Positions 21,401 to 34,530 of a stretch of DNA of 38,511 nucleotides are shown here, piece after piece (position 1 is the first letter of the stretch; every line of letters begins with the position of its first letter). The DNA is from Fonticula-like sp. SCN 57-25 (Eukaryota): NCBI GenBank assembly GCA_001724245.1, contig MEDX01000033.1:1-38511 (forward strand). The letters run 5' to 3'. The notes beneath the pieces were generated by a model that saw only the letters and a list, made by a program, of their open reading frames with translations, was not told where the DNA came from and did not search any database. The translations under genes and the position numbers were made by a program.

Positions 21401-24400
21401 AAAACGCACCAAGTCGGCCAGGTCGGCAAAGTAGGGGTTTGTGTGGATGGGATTCAGATCGCGCGACGCTTTGGCATAGACGGCATTGTTGGCAGGCGCG
21501 GCAAATTGAGTCGAGAATGCCGCGGACTCGGGCAAAATATTGGCGCCGCCGTCGGGGAAGTTGATGTCGCGGTCCATCGGCGTTCCGGCGCGTGAAAGGT
21601 ACGCCGTCACAGGGTTGCTCACACACTAGCACGTGTAAGCAACAACGCACGCATCTGCATCTCGCGCACCTCTCCCGTGACAAAGGAAACGCTGCCCACA
21701 ATGATGGTTTCTTTGGCGGCCGTTTCGGTCGAAATCGTTCCCGTCGTTTCGATAGAGGCAAAGCGCTTTGCATCCTTGAACAGCTCAACCGACGTGCACT
21801 TGAAGTCCAGCTTGGCGCCGGCTACCACAAGAGCGTGGGCGTCAACTGCGTCGCGCCAGGCCACCCACGGCTTACTCTTGAGCACAGCGACGTCGGCGGC
21901 CGAGCGGAGATGAAGTCGGTACGGCACCTCCTCGACGCGGCGGAACGTGTGATGATAGGCGTCTGGCGGGTCGCTCGCCGTACGCCGATAGTAAAACGAG
22001 CTGATCACATGCATCATCGCTTGCTCGCGGGATTCAGATTCATCATCCGATGTCGAGCCGGGCGCCCCTTCGGCAGAAGGGAAGGAGCCGCGCCGGTAGA
22101 TAACCGCTTTCACCGTAACTGTCTTGCCCTGAGCATCGTTAATAATCGCTTGGATATGGGCGCGCGTCAGCAGGCAGTCGCCTTCGCTTATTAGCGGGTC
22201 GCTCGGGTCCAGCACGCGGAACTCGTTGGACAGGTGAACCAAGTGCAACAGATCGCCGTTGATTTCGCGCGGGAAGAGGCCGCCAATCACAGCCTTCCAA
22301 CTGGCAACGATCGCATAATCCATCGGCGCCTTAAGGCGCTTGTTGTCGCTTTCTACATACAGCTCGGCCTGATTGCCGACCGACCGACAGAACGCCGTGA
22401 TCGCCTCGCGTGTTACAACATGCTCGGCAACAAACTCTGAAATTTTTTTTTAGAGAATGAGCAAATGAGTGCCTTTGTGCTGTCCATGTGGCGCACCTTT
22501 ATCCATCGGCGTAATCGCTTGATCATTGCTCGCGTCGGCTGCAAAGCGGAGCTCCTGCTCGCCAAACCATAGTCTAAAGTAGAATGCCTTGATGCGTTCA
22601 TTCTTCCCGTCTGTAATTTCGTGGAGCGGCGAAGCGCCCTTCAGAGGCCGGAACGCAAAAAGGAGCGGCAGCGGCAGCGCGCGCTCCGACGCCTCCTCTC
22701 GCGCCACGTACACATTCACAGTGATCACGTCGTCTGTTCCGAGGAAAGCCTCCACGACAGGCGAAGCCGCATCGCTGCCGTCGTAGGTTTGCCCGCCCAA
22801 GGCGTGCGCGTCGTAGATGCGGATGCTCGTCGCGACGCTCTGCGAGCTTTTGCTGGACGCGGGCAGCATGCTCGAGGAGACGACAACGCGCTGGCCCGGC
22901 CGAGGACGGAAAAGCAGCAGGAGCGGCGACCGTACCAAATGGTTGCCGCGCACGACAAACGGCGAGTTCAACAGCGCGTGCAGCCACGTGCTGAAAACAA
23001 CACCATTAGCATACATGTGCTGCACACGTGTGCCCAGCAAACGCACTGTGGTTGTTTGCCCCCTAGAAAGCAGAGCCACGCCGCCGCGTCCGGCAGTTCC
23101 TTTGCCTGCTCGGTGACATCGTATGTCCGCGCAAAGGCGCTAGTGAGCGCGGTGTTGAGCACGACGCCCGGGATTGCGCCTTCCTGGTCGGGGAGCGCCA
23201 GCGGCAGCGCGGTCGCGCCCGTGTACCCGCCCTGGTTTGTCACCAGCGGAACGCGCTCCCTGTCTCCGCCATAGTATCGCTCAAGAAGAGCTGCCACGTG
23301 ATTATCGTAGATTGAATCAAGGATCTCCTTGGCGGACTGCGTGGCCGTCGTAGAGTACCTGGCCGCCACGGGGCCCTGCAGGATGCACACGCGCTGGGCG
23401 TCGCCGTCGATTACCGCATCGAGGTCCTCGCTCTGCCAAAGGGAATCTTTTTTGAACCACGTGGAAAACTCCTCGTTCAAAACCGGGATGAAGGGGACGG
23501 GCTTTTGGCCCCGACGCGAGCACAGATGCAAAAAGTGAAGCACGTCTGAAAAAAAGATACGGACAAAATAAGCACACGGCCTCTTAATATAAAAGGAGCG
23601 CACCCTGCGTATTGAGCGTCTGGGTCTTGCCGTCGGGGAAGCTCTCAAAGAAGAGCGAAACGAGGTTGTCAGGCTCATCTTTTAGACAAGAAGCAATGTC
23701 CTCCCTCTCGAGCACACTTACCTTCTTTCCATTCTCCTTTTCGCCGACAAAGCGCTCCTCGACGCGTGTCAGGTAATCGGTTAGCAGCTTTTTAAAGCTA
23801 GCGTCAATCCAACGCTTCTGATGCGCGACAAAGCAGAGCTTCACCAGCCGGCGCGCGACCTCAAAGTACGTCATATCGCTCAGCTCACACGGCGTCCCCT
23901 CGGAGCCCTTTTCGCAGAACCAAACCTTCTGAAAGTCGGCATTGAGGCGGCGGATCAGGTACGCGCGGTGCTCGCGCAGAAATGCGAGCTGCTGGGGGCG
24001 CGGCAGATTGAACAGTGTGTCATCCAGCTGTGATTAAAAATAAGAAACAATGCAAGCATCATATTAAACTAATGGGCGCACCTCCTTCCACAGCATCACA
24101 CCGCGGGTCGCAATCTTGTGGATGGGCTCACCCAGCTCGGACTTTACGGTAACAACGCCGCCGACGGGTCGGTCGTACGACTGCTCCCACAGCGCCTGGT
24201 CAGACGCACCAGGGGCAGCCACAATGAGCGCCTTGGCCCCGGGGGACGTGCGCGCCTCCCTCGCAACCATCATGCGCGAGCCAATCAGGATGGCGTCAAA
24301 GGGCATTGCAGCGTAGCCAAAGTCGCGCGACCAGTCGCCAACAAGGAACGGAAGCGACTCGGCGCCGTCGCCAAACCCACTCCCTGCAGCAAAAAAGGAG

Positions 24401-27183
24401 CAAAAGAGACACAAAAAATATATCAGAATAAAAGTCAACAGGAAGGAAGCGCGAACCTGCAACGAGAATGATGTTTTTTTGTTTCCGGATAAGGCCGTAT
24501 GTCTCGAGGATGGGACTAAACATGTCTTCGAAGCTGTGGTGTCCGCCTGCGCGTCCGCCCGTCCACTGCAGCATAATGTACACGGATGGGTTGGCCTCTG
24601 CAATGGCCACCACCTGCCGGATGCTCTCGGTTGACCCGGGCTTGAAGGCCACATGGCGGATGCCCGCCTGCGATAGATTAGATACAATCTCATTCGCATT
24701 GTCAAGCGAAGGAACGCCGGCGGCAATGCACAGGCCATCAATAGGCAAGCCCTACCAAAAAATAATGAGTACAAAGAAAAGTCGTTCGTTCACATGTTCG
24801 CACTTCATTCCTCATTTTGATGGCGAGCGGATACTGGAATCCCCACTGGCGCGCATTTAAAAAGAGCACGTTGAGCGTGATCCCCTCACCTTCCCCGGTC
24901 TGCGTCATAATCTTGTCGACGCGCCTGCGCAGCGCATCCTCTGTGTAGTGCCCGCCGCCCGCCAGCTCGCAGTGGTAGCCCGCGTTCATGACCGCCGACA
25001 CAAACTCGTCGTGGACAGATGTCGGCGTCATGCCGGCCACCATGACCGTGGGCCGCCCGAGTACGCGGCTGAAAAGTGTGTCCACATGCAGGCGATTGTC
25101 GTGAGCGGTGCGAACAAGCCGCGGCGCAAACTCTTCGGCCCAGTTGGGTGCATAGCAGACCGACGACGGCGCAGTGTCGTACAGATGCGAGGCGTCCAGC
25201 AACGGCTGCCGCGACTGCAGAGTCCCGCCGAGGATGATCTGCACGCCTGTGCCCTCTGCAAACAATAAAAAAAATTGTAGTTGAGATATAGCATGAATAG
25301 TGGCGCAGACGCACGCTTGTTGCGATTGGTAAGATTGCCAGTACCCGAAGAGCCACCCGGCCCAAAATCAATCATGTGCGTTGCTTCGCACGCCGTGGCT
25401 GCGCAAAAAGGCCGCCGCGTAAGCAACAAGCAAGCGAGCGCAACCGCATACCCTTTGGCCAGTCCACGTGCTTGCAGCAGACGAGCCGCACGACGCTCTC
25501 TGTCAGACTCTCGCTGCCGCCTGCGCGCTCTTCGGCAAGGTCGCGGCCGTCGTCGGTGGCAAACACCGGCATGAGCAGCTGATCAGCGGTAAACACAAGA
25601 CCGCGTTTGTGCAGGTCCCTCATCACTTTGTCAGGTACAGCAGCGAGGTACTCTGAGTGAAAGGGGACGCTGACAGGCAGGAAGCGCGTAGAAAACTTTG
25701 CATTCCGCTTGCTGAATGGAATCCGCGACTGATCGCCGCTCGATTTTGCCTTTAACTTGCGCAGCGTCACGTTCAATCCGTACAGGCTGCGCCGACACAT
25801 TATTTTTAGCATGCCAACCACCCAAATAGTGTGCGCACCTCTGCGGCGCCCCTGAAACAATGACAGAGCGCGGCCCGTTGAGGAGTGATACGTGAATCTG
25901 CCGGTCGGCCGGCAAGTGCCTGTTGGTCGCCTTGACCTGCTCGCGCACGACATTGTGCGGGAGCTGTACAGCCGCAGAATTCGTTAGCAAAATTGAGATA
26001 GTAAATACTGGCTGCGCACCTGATGGATCGCAAGCATGGGCGTTGGCTCGCCTTCGCCTGCAGCGAGCGAGTCCTGCAGGACCTTGGGGTTGAGCGTCGT
26101 CGGGAGGTACGCCTGCTGGCTCCGCAGCCCCATCCAGAAAAGGATGCCAATGACGCGCTCGCAATTGTCCATGAATGTCGCCTCGTCGGTCGAGCACGCC
26201 ACGGCGAGCGCCGATATGAGGCCCTGGCTGTGGCCGGTTACGCCCTTGATACGCTCGCGCACTTCCTGTAGCGTGTACCGCAGACACACGACCATCACCC
26301 AGTAGTTGAGCAGCTGAGCGAGCGCAATGAGCGGCATGCTGATAGGCGCGCTGTATCACACATTGTTTGCCAAATCAGACACCGGGAATCAACGCAAAGT
26401 ATGTTGTTTCGCACCTGACAAGATAGTCGATTGGAGGACGGGACTCTGGCACCGCGAGCCACTTTGACACGTCAAACCCCTTTGAGTAAAAGCCCGTTGC
26501 GGCGGCCTCGGGATCCGCGAGATGTCGCTGAATGGCGCCGACCATGCGGCCGAGGAACGGTCCGACGGCGGACCCGTACACGTCGCAAGTCTCGGCGAGC
26601 TCGTCAAAGTACGCATCGACATTGCCCTGCCCGCCAAAGAGCGCGACAATAGACGCGCGGCCCTTTTTGACAGCGCTTAAGAGCGCGCTGCGCCGCGGCT
26701 TCGGGGCGCCGTCGGCTTCTACAAGGCCAGCACCCGCAGTGAGCGCGGACGCCGCAAGGTACGTCTGAATGATGGCGCCCTGTTGGGCCATCCCGCGCGT
26801 CACAGCATGAATGTCGTTCTGACGCACATAGAGGCCGCGGAACTGCAACAGGACAAACCAGACAACAGGCAGGCGCTGTACGGAAAGATCGGCAGTGGTA
26901 AAGTTCATCGAGTACTGGAGAAACGACGCGGTCAGCTCCATCTCGCGGAGCTCGCGCGCCTGTTCTAGCGGCGGGATCGGCGCGGTCGTGCTTGCGTCAG
27001 CAAACGACTGGCGAATCACGTCCGCAGATGCCCACAGATCTATAGGCACCAGAAACTCGACCTACAAGCGACGCGTCAGCCGATGCGTGCGATCCAGGAG
27101 AAGCGGGAGCGCACTTCGGTGTCCCCGCGGCGAATCAGCAGGGTTCGCTGCTGCAGCGGCTGGGGACGCGCTCCGTCGGCCAT
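12460..27183 (-). CDS. FAS1: Single-chain fungal-type fatty acid synthase I (beta+alpha fused): AT-ER-DH-MPT-ACP-ACP-KR-KS-PPT; 29 exons by manual splicing, roughly 4,400 aa
   Basis: ATG at 27183. [26 protein letters not shown] and [20 protein letters not shown] and [26 protein letters not shown] and [12 protein letters not shown]; two ACPs ([20 protein letters not shown]); [11 protein letters not shown] and YSESK; KS PVGACAT, HGTST and GHPKG; PPT GIGVDIE...SISHSG. Stop TAA at 12460-12462. I traced 28 introns, all frame-consistent; one is GC-AG. Confidence 0.95.
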
Positions 27184-27600
27184 CGTCGTACCGCTCAACT
27201 ACCGCCTTGTAATGCGTGACAGTTGCTGCGAGAGAAAGGTATGTTCAAAAAGAGAGATCTTGGCGACGCGAGTGACAAGAATGACTCGATCGCTTCAGTC
27301 CGGCCGGCTACGTCACTTGCTCCGACGCGCGTTTCAGATCGCGACGGCGATTGTAGGTAGATCACACCGCTGCACCCGCAAGAGCCCCGAACGAGCCAGA
27401 TGTATTCACCGCTTAACCCGCCTTATCAGAGTGGCGCGAGGTAGGCCTTGCCCCAAAAATGTTTCCTAGTCTGCGGCCGTGAGCAACTTCCTGGCCGCCA
27501 CGCCCCCTGCAGCCCACCCCTGGCATTTCCCCATCCATGTGATGCTCCGCCAATCAGAGTGATTTTGCAGTTCAGTTTGCACACCGTGGGAACATTGGCA

Positions 27601-27681
27601 GCCCCAAGGGCCGGTGGAGCGCCCCAAGAGTCGGTGGAGCGCCCCAATAGGCGCCGCCCCAAGGCCTGCGTGACCCCAAGG
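27601..27681. repeat. Degenerate GC-rich minisatellite (CCCCAA core) upstream of FAS
   Basis: GCCCCAA at 27601, 27621, 27641 and 27656, and ACCCCAA at 27673; CGGTGGAGCGCCCCAA is present twice. Confidence 0.7.
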
Positions 27682-28037
27682 TACTGCACGGCGGACTATA
27701 TAGTGCATATGACAGGCTGTCTCTCGCGATCGAATGTGCGTACATTGACGAATGCGCCGGATGCGGTTTTGCATTCGCATGCGATTCAGGAGTGATCATT
27801 TATATTTTGAAACGAATATTTCGTCACAGTGTAACGTTGTACACTGTCAATGTAGAGTATCCACAGGTGTCATATTCAACGCGAATGAATTTATCAGCTT
27901 GCGAATTATACTATACGGCTGCGCATGTGCAGCGGATGCATACGATAGCGTTCATAAACTAGAGTCGTCTTGATTCTTCCAATGCCAAACACAAATATCT
28001 ATACAATGAAAATCGTCTTTCTATACTATTTTCTCCC

Positions 28038-28784
28038 CTATTTGCTTGTAGCGAGCTCCGCCGCCAATTTCCGCGCGATCGCCGCCCTGACGAACGAGAG
28101 AACATTCTGGGCATGCTGCTCACCCTGCTCGCTCGCCTTGCTGAGCTGCGCCGGCGTGAACGACCCGAGGCACTCGGCGCCCACAAGCCCGCTCACCTTG
28201 TGGCCGTACACAAGGCAGAAATTCGCCTCGGCAGCCTCCTCGTCCGATAACGTCGGGTCAAATAAAAGGGAATCCGCCCCAGACTGGGTACAGCTGCAGT
28301 CGACCGCCATAAAGGTCGTGCGCATCGGAACGCCGCCGTCCAACAGAGCAAGACACACGGCATTCAACGCGGTAGAAAGCAACTAGAAAGGAAGTGTCAG
28401 CGACAGCATCACCAAGGGCACGCGGCAATGCACACTGAACTGATCCCACTCCCACCCTTCCTCCACAAGCTAAAGTCGTACCGAACCATTATTCTCGATA
28501 ACTTGAACAAACACAGAAATAGACGTGCGCGGGTGCAGCGCGGCAAGGACAACACCGTCGAGGATCTTTTTGATAAAGTGCTCGAGCAGTTTTTCGCGCG
28601 TGCCGGCGACGCCAACGGCGGGGCGGAACGAAACTTCAATGTACGCCTTGTCGATCAGCTCGTTGCGCAGGCGAACCTCCCCGGGGCCGCTCACGTGAAC
28701 CAGCACGGTTGTCCCACCGCTCGTGAGGCGCGCGGACCCGTCCGCGTGCGCCAGCAACCCAAGCACGCTCGTCGATTCCAGCAT
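28038..28784 (-). CDS. RRP46: Exosome complex component Rrp46/EXOSC5 (RNase PH fold); 2 exons
   Basis: LLAHADGSARL...VSGPGEV...LHPRTSISVFVQVIENNGS|LLSTALNAVCLALLDGGVPM...FDPTLSDE; intron at 28383-28481. Confidence 0.9.
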
Positions 28785-28926
28785 GGCGATGCCCGCGCTG
28801 TCCACCACCACGCCGTCGAGCAGTTTGCAGATTGCGCTATTTATTATTTCCACCATACGTATTGATCGTATCGTGTCCACCAGGTCCACACAGTGACGAG
28901 GCGACATCCTTAACTCGATGTTTGCC

Positions 28927-31413
28927 ATGTCGAGGCTCTGCTTGTCAGCCTGCCTCGGCGTCCTGCTCCTCGCGAGCACGGTCTCGGCTGACTTTCGCAA
29001 CCACAAGTACAAGGCCGGCGATGAGGTTTGCGGCTTTTCCCTTTCGTAGACGTTTTCTCACCGCTCTGTGTCCGCTCCCCTAGGTGCCCGTGTACGTGAA
29101 CACTGTCGGCCCGTACAACAACCCGACCGAGACGTACGGCTACTACGACCGGCTCCCCGTGTGCCGCCCGCCGACGATTAAGCATCGCATCGAGTCGCTC
29201 GGCGAGGTCCTCGAGGGCAACAAGCTGATCACGTCCGGTTATGACGTTCACTTTTTGCGTGCGCATCATCCCACTGTCTTGTGCGATGGAAAGGGCAGAA
29301 TGTGCTAAGGGTTGATTATTAGAAAACATGGACGGCGCGACCGTTTGCTCGCAGCAGATGACGGATGAGCTGCGCGCTGCCTACACCGAGGTCATCAATG
29401 ATCGCTACTACTTTCAGCTTTTGCTCGGTACGCACGGCGCCCATCTGCATTAATTGCGTGTTCCATTGTCGCTGACACCCTTTCTCAGACGATCTCCCCG
29501 TGTGGGCGTTCATCGGCAGCACCTATGAGGGCCGTCCGTACCTCCTCACGCATCTCCACTTTGTGATCGAGTTCAACGGCGAGCGGGTGCGTCTCGCACC
29601 TCTGCCTTGTCGCCGGCACTCACCGCCTTTCTTTAGATTGTGGGCGCCAATTTGACGTACCTGGACAACATTGAGATGTACACCGAGCTGTCGTCGTCGT
29701 CGTCCGCCGAAAACATCAAGTTCAAGTACTCTGTCGAGTGGAAGGAGAACCGGGCGTACGCAATGCTTTGCTTCTCCTTGCCGTCCGTGCTCACTGGCCG
29801 TCTATTTTTCAGCGTGACATTTGACAACCGCCGCGAGCACCACTCGCAGCACTCGTTCTTCCCGCAGGAGCAGGAGGCGCGCACTTTTCCCTTTCCTTTC
29901 CATTCGCTGACATCCTTTTTCCTACTTTAGATCCACTGGTTCATGATCCTCAACTCGCTGTTCCTCGTGCTGCTGCTCACGCTCTTCCTCTTTGTGATCC
30001 TGCTGCGCGTGCTGCGCAATGACTTTTCGCGGTATGCGCACGCGAGCTCCGAGGCCGGGCTGGGGGGCGACGACGGCGAGGACTTTGGGTGGAAGCTCAT
30101 CCACGGCGACGTGTTCCGCGTGCCCAACCACCGCATGATGCTCAGCGTGATCGTCGGCGTTGGCGTGCAGTTCCTCGTTCTCTGCGTCACGCTCGTGCTC
30201 TTTGGCTTTGTGGGGTTGTACTACCCTTATCACAGGGGCGCATTCAAGTCGACCGCGGTGGCCGTCTTTGCCATCACATCGGGTACGCAGTGGCGCACAA
30301 AGGGTGTCTTTTTGGAGGAAAGTTTAGTTTGCATTATGCTTTTGCAGTTGTAATGTGTTGCTTTTGGCGTCGGTTTTTAAGTGACGTGCTTTGTTTCCTT
30401 TCCCTTTTTTTGTGCGCTTACAGTGCGCTTACCTCTTTGTTGCCCAGCTATTTCCGGCTACTATTCTGGCACGCTTTACAAGCAGCTCGGCGGCGAGCGC
30501 TGGGCGTGGAACATTGTGCTCGTTGGCATCCTCGTGCCCGCGCCGCTTGCCCTTGTCTGGTGCGTGCTCAACAGCATTGCTTGGTACCACGGCTCGACCG
30601 TCGCGCTGCCCTTTGGCACCGTCGTCGCCCTCGTCGCCATCTGGCTCGCCGGTGCGAACCCGTTTTTTTTGTACTTTGTCACGTGCTGACCATTTTGTTT
30701 GCAGTGGGATGCTCGCTCACGCTGGTTGGCGGCATTGTCGGGAAGAACCGCGCGCAGCCGTTTGATGCGCCGTGCCGCGTGCGAAACATTCCTCGCGAGA
30801 TCCCCGATGCGCCCTGGTACGCAAAGATGAACATGTTATTTGAAGAAAAGTGTTGTTCTTTATCTATTTTTATGTTGATTTTGGATATATTTTACCTACT
30901 GTTCTGGATACCTTTTTGTTATTTTGGTCATTTTTGTTCCTGTTTTCTCACTCTCCAACCTTTGCTAGGCACACGTCGCTTGCCGCCCAGATGGCCATTG
31001 GCGGCTTTTTGCCGTTCAGCGCAATCTGCATGGAGCTTTACTATGTCTTTGCGACCGTATGGGGCCACAAGACGTACACGCTTTACGGCATTCTTCTTAT
31101 CGTGTTTGGCATCCTTGTTATCGTGACGAGCTTTGTTTCCGTCGCGCTCGCCTACTTTCAGCTGTCGCATGAAGACTACCGCTGGTGGTGGCGCTCGATC
31201 CTCAACGGCGGCGCGTCGGCCTTTTTCATCTATGGATATGGCATCTTTTACTTTGTGTCGCTCTCGGGCATGGACGGCGTATTACAGTCGTCCTTCTTCT
31301 TTGGCTACATGCTCATTATTTGCTTTGTCTTCTTCCTCATGATGGGCGCCGTCGGGTTCCTTTCGACGCTCACTTTCGTACGATACATCTACCGAAACTT
31401 CAAGGCAGACTAG
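28927..31413 (+). CDS. Transmembrane 9 superfamily (nonaspanin/EMP70), TM9SF1/TM9SF3-like
   Basis: Signal peptide, then [71 protein letters not shown] and a C-terminal KAD* (KxD/E) motif. Nine introns, one GC-AG (29877-29930). Confidence 0.92.
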
Positions 31414-31696
31414 CGCGCACGCGTGCGCAGCACCGGCCACGTGCTGCATTGTATTGTATTAGTGGCATTCGATCAGAGTTTATATCCAAAATTATCCAAA
31501 TTTGTGACCCTCATCAACAAAAATATAAAGGCGCCTTTCTCAGCGCGAATAGGGCGACTTTCACTTGTTAATCGACCAAAAGTGCCGTTTTCATGCTTTT
31601 AATCATTCACAAAAAGTAAAAAAAACCTGACATTGGATGGTATTGTATATGGGTTAACAAATGTATCATACACTAAATATGCCTTGCGGCGTCGCT

Positions 31697-33094
31697 TCAC
31701 TCCCACTCTGCCCACCCGTCATCGTCGTCCTCCACCTTTGCCTCTGCCTTTGCCTCTGCCTTTGCCGCCACACCCGGCTCAATCGCGTCCCTGAGCAGCC
31801 GCGAAAGGTCCGCGTCCACTTCTTCGCTGTCGCTGTCGATCGGCCCCGCCGCGGCGGCCACCGGCGTGCGCGACCCGGAAACGACCTCGAAAGACAGTTC
31901 GCTCGACACGCGACGAGGGCGAATAGGCGACGGTTCTTCGCTCGGCGGAGAGAAAGGCGCATGGGCCACGTGGATGGGTGTTTGAGGCGTCGGTTCCCGC
32001 GCGATTTCGTGCTTTTCCCGCTCGATTTCCTGCGTCTCATTGGTCGGTTCCTCTGTTTCCTGGACGATTTCCTCAGTTTCCCGCGTAACTTCATCGTTTT
32101 CCCGCCCAATTTCCATAGTTTCCGCGTCTTCCTCTCGCGCCGCGTCGAGGTCGGTCGACAGCGACGGCAGGTCGAGGTCGTCATCGACGTCCCACCCAAT
32201 GGCATCATCGTCCCCAGAATCATTCGTCTCTGTTCATTCCCGCCAAAAAGTCAGCCAATCAGACACTTTCCTTCTTTCCGCGCACCAAGAATAAGCTTGC
32301 GCTGCGTGTCCTGCTGCTCGATGGCGTCGGCGCGCGCGAGGTACCGCTGCCAGAAGAGGTCGTCCGAGAGGGCCGAAGGGACGAGCGTGGCGTGCATGGC
32401 GCGCAGCTCGGGGAAGGACGCGAGCGACTGCGCAATGTCGGACGAGCGCGCGGCAACGTCGAGGGACGCGGCGAGGTGGCGCTCGTCGGCGGACAGCTCG
32501 CGGCAGAAAGTGTTGGGGTCGCGGCGAAGGGCGTCGAGCGCGGCTTGCTTACGGTCGATCCTGCGAGATGTCAGTGAAACGAAATGAACAATTCAGAAAT
32601 CAAGCAAAGGACATCCTACTTTAACAACACAAAATAGGACAAAAATCATGGAATAAATGCATTTTGGACACAAAATACGTTCACTTTTGAGCATTTAAAG
32701 ACATGGTAAGAATACGAATACGAGCACGATCCATCACACGATCCCAAATACCACACCCAAGGGATCAAGAGATATGAGTTAATGGTGCGTACAAGACAGA
32801 GCGCGTCTCGCTCTCGGAACGCAGCCCCATCGACGATGATCGCAAGTCATCCTGCTGCTCCGACAAAGCCGCGGCGTCGTCTTCGCCCGCCGGGTCAATG
32901 AGCAGTGACCGCACAGACTCGGTCACGCCCTGGATCATCGTGCCCTGCTCGTAGTGCCTCTCGAGGTTCTGCACATGATGCGACGCGTCCGCCGATACAG
33001 AGTCAACAAACTCGCCGACGCCAGTGGAGAGCTCAGTCAAGAGATCCTCTGACTTGGCGACCAGCGTGCTCAGCCACGATCCCCAATCACTCAT
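31697..33094 (-). CDS. BSD domain-containing protein (BSDC1/Dos2-like); 3 exons
   Basis: Starts MSDWGSWLS. Exon 2 reads ALRRDPNTFC...LRAMHATLVPSALSDDLFWQRY (BSD signature FWxRY). Acidic tail ends DDDDGWAEWE*. Intron at 32561-32792. Confidence 0.85.
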
Positions 33095-33527
33095 GACAGG
33101 CGCGCGTCAATGCGGGAAGAAACAGTCAAAGAAGGCGTCAACAAAGTATCAATAAGGAATAGAATGAAGCGAGAATGACGGAACAGCGACTCAAATGCAC
33201 AATAGTGAGACGCTTCTCCTGCCAGGGGACGGCCAAAATCAACGCTGGGCCAAACCAGCTGCTTGGCACGTCACAAGGCAAACTGAATCGAGTTTGCACT
33301 TGTTGAGGGTAAGGTAAACAAGGAGGGCAAGGCAACGACAATGTGCCAAATATTACAAGACTATGCACAATGCAAAGCATTACGCTACAATAGCAGCCGC
33401 TCTAGCAGACCGTCTTTCAAGTCATACCTGAATACGGTCCTTGCACGCATCCGCCATTCCCTCCCACCGTGCTCTTGCAGTATTAGGATACAAAGTGAAC
33501 GTGATTGATTGGTCAGTTGGTACCATC

Positions 33528-34530
33528 ATGCATCCCGTCACGTCAGCGGCAGGGCGGCCGACGCAGCGCCTCGAGAAGGATGGCTGGGTGTTTGAGACGA
33601 AGAAGCTGGTGATGGCGAACGCGCCCGAGCTCGTCCGGTACATTCTTTGTTTGCCGTTCTTCCGCTTCTCATAATGGTACCACAGTCTAGAGTCTGTTAT
33701 CCCCCTCCCGCACCTTCCAGAGATGGTGTTTTCGCACTCGTCTCTCAAGATTGCCCACGAGTCGACCGGCTTCTCGATCGAGTTCCTCGCCGAGGAGGCC
33801 CTTAATGAGGTGGACAGCACGCAAGAGCCTATCAAGGTCGCCGCTGCGGCGGCATGGCAGCGTTCGCGGTACGCATACTGCCATTCGTGTTGCAACCATC
33901 GCGCTGTAAAACTGACAGGACATCATCAGGGATCCCACTGTGACCGAGTACGCCGCCCCGTACGACTGGACTTTTTCGACGCCGTACCGCGGCACAGTAA
34001 AGAGCGCGCGCGCCGCCGAGCCCACCACCGAGCGGATCGACATTGAAAAGCTCAAGAGGCAGGAGCCCATCCTCTTTTACGATGACGTAATTCTGTTCGA
34101 GGACGAGCTCGGCGACAACGGGACATCGCAATTGAGCGCCAAAGTGGTTCGTCATTTTTGCAATTATTCCCTTTCATATTTGTGTATTTATTGCATGTGT
34201 TTTGCTTGTTTCACCTGTGTTTTCCTCATTTTCTGCCACCCACTTGTTCATCACTAACGATCTCGCGATCAGCGCGTGATGCCGTCGGGGTGGTTCGTGC
34301 TGCTGCGCAGCTTTGTGCGCGTCGACGGCGTGCTTACGCGCATGACCGACACTCGTATCCACTACGAGTTTGGCCGCGAGTACGCGCTACGGGAGCACAG
34401 CGTGCGCGAGCAGACGGCGCAGCTGCTCGAGGCCGGCACAAAGGACAAGACGCAGCTCCTCAACCAGCACTACCTACACGAGCACATGCCCGTCAAGACC
34501 GAGCAGACGGACAAGCTCTATATCTCTTAA
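33528..34530 (+). CDS. TIP41: TIP41/TIPRL, PP2A-family phosphatase regulator; 4 exons
   Basis: LPEMVF, AAAWQRSR, PYDWTFSTPYRG, IDIEKLKRQEPILFYDDVILFEDELGDNG, RVMPSGWFVLLRSFVRVDGV. Confidence 0.93.

Noticed and set aside
13179-23274. Numerous plus-strand ORFs of 150-260 aa opposite FAS
   Set aside because: Antisense shadows of GC-rich coding sequence with no recognisable motifs or splice structure.
30089-31126. 345-aa ORF overlapping TM9SF
   Set aside because: Off-frame read-through across TM9SF exons and T-rich introns; the conserved TM9SF motifs lie in other frames.
31661-32587. 308-aa plus-strand ORF with an LCLCLC repeat
   Set aside because: Antisense of the BSD gene; the repeat is the AKAEAKAEAK low-complexity tail.
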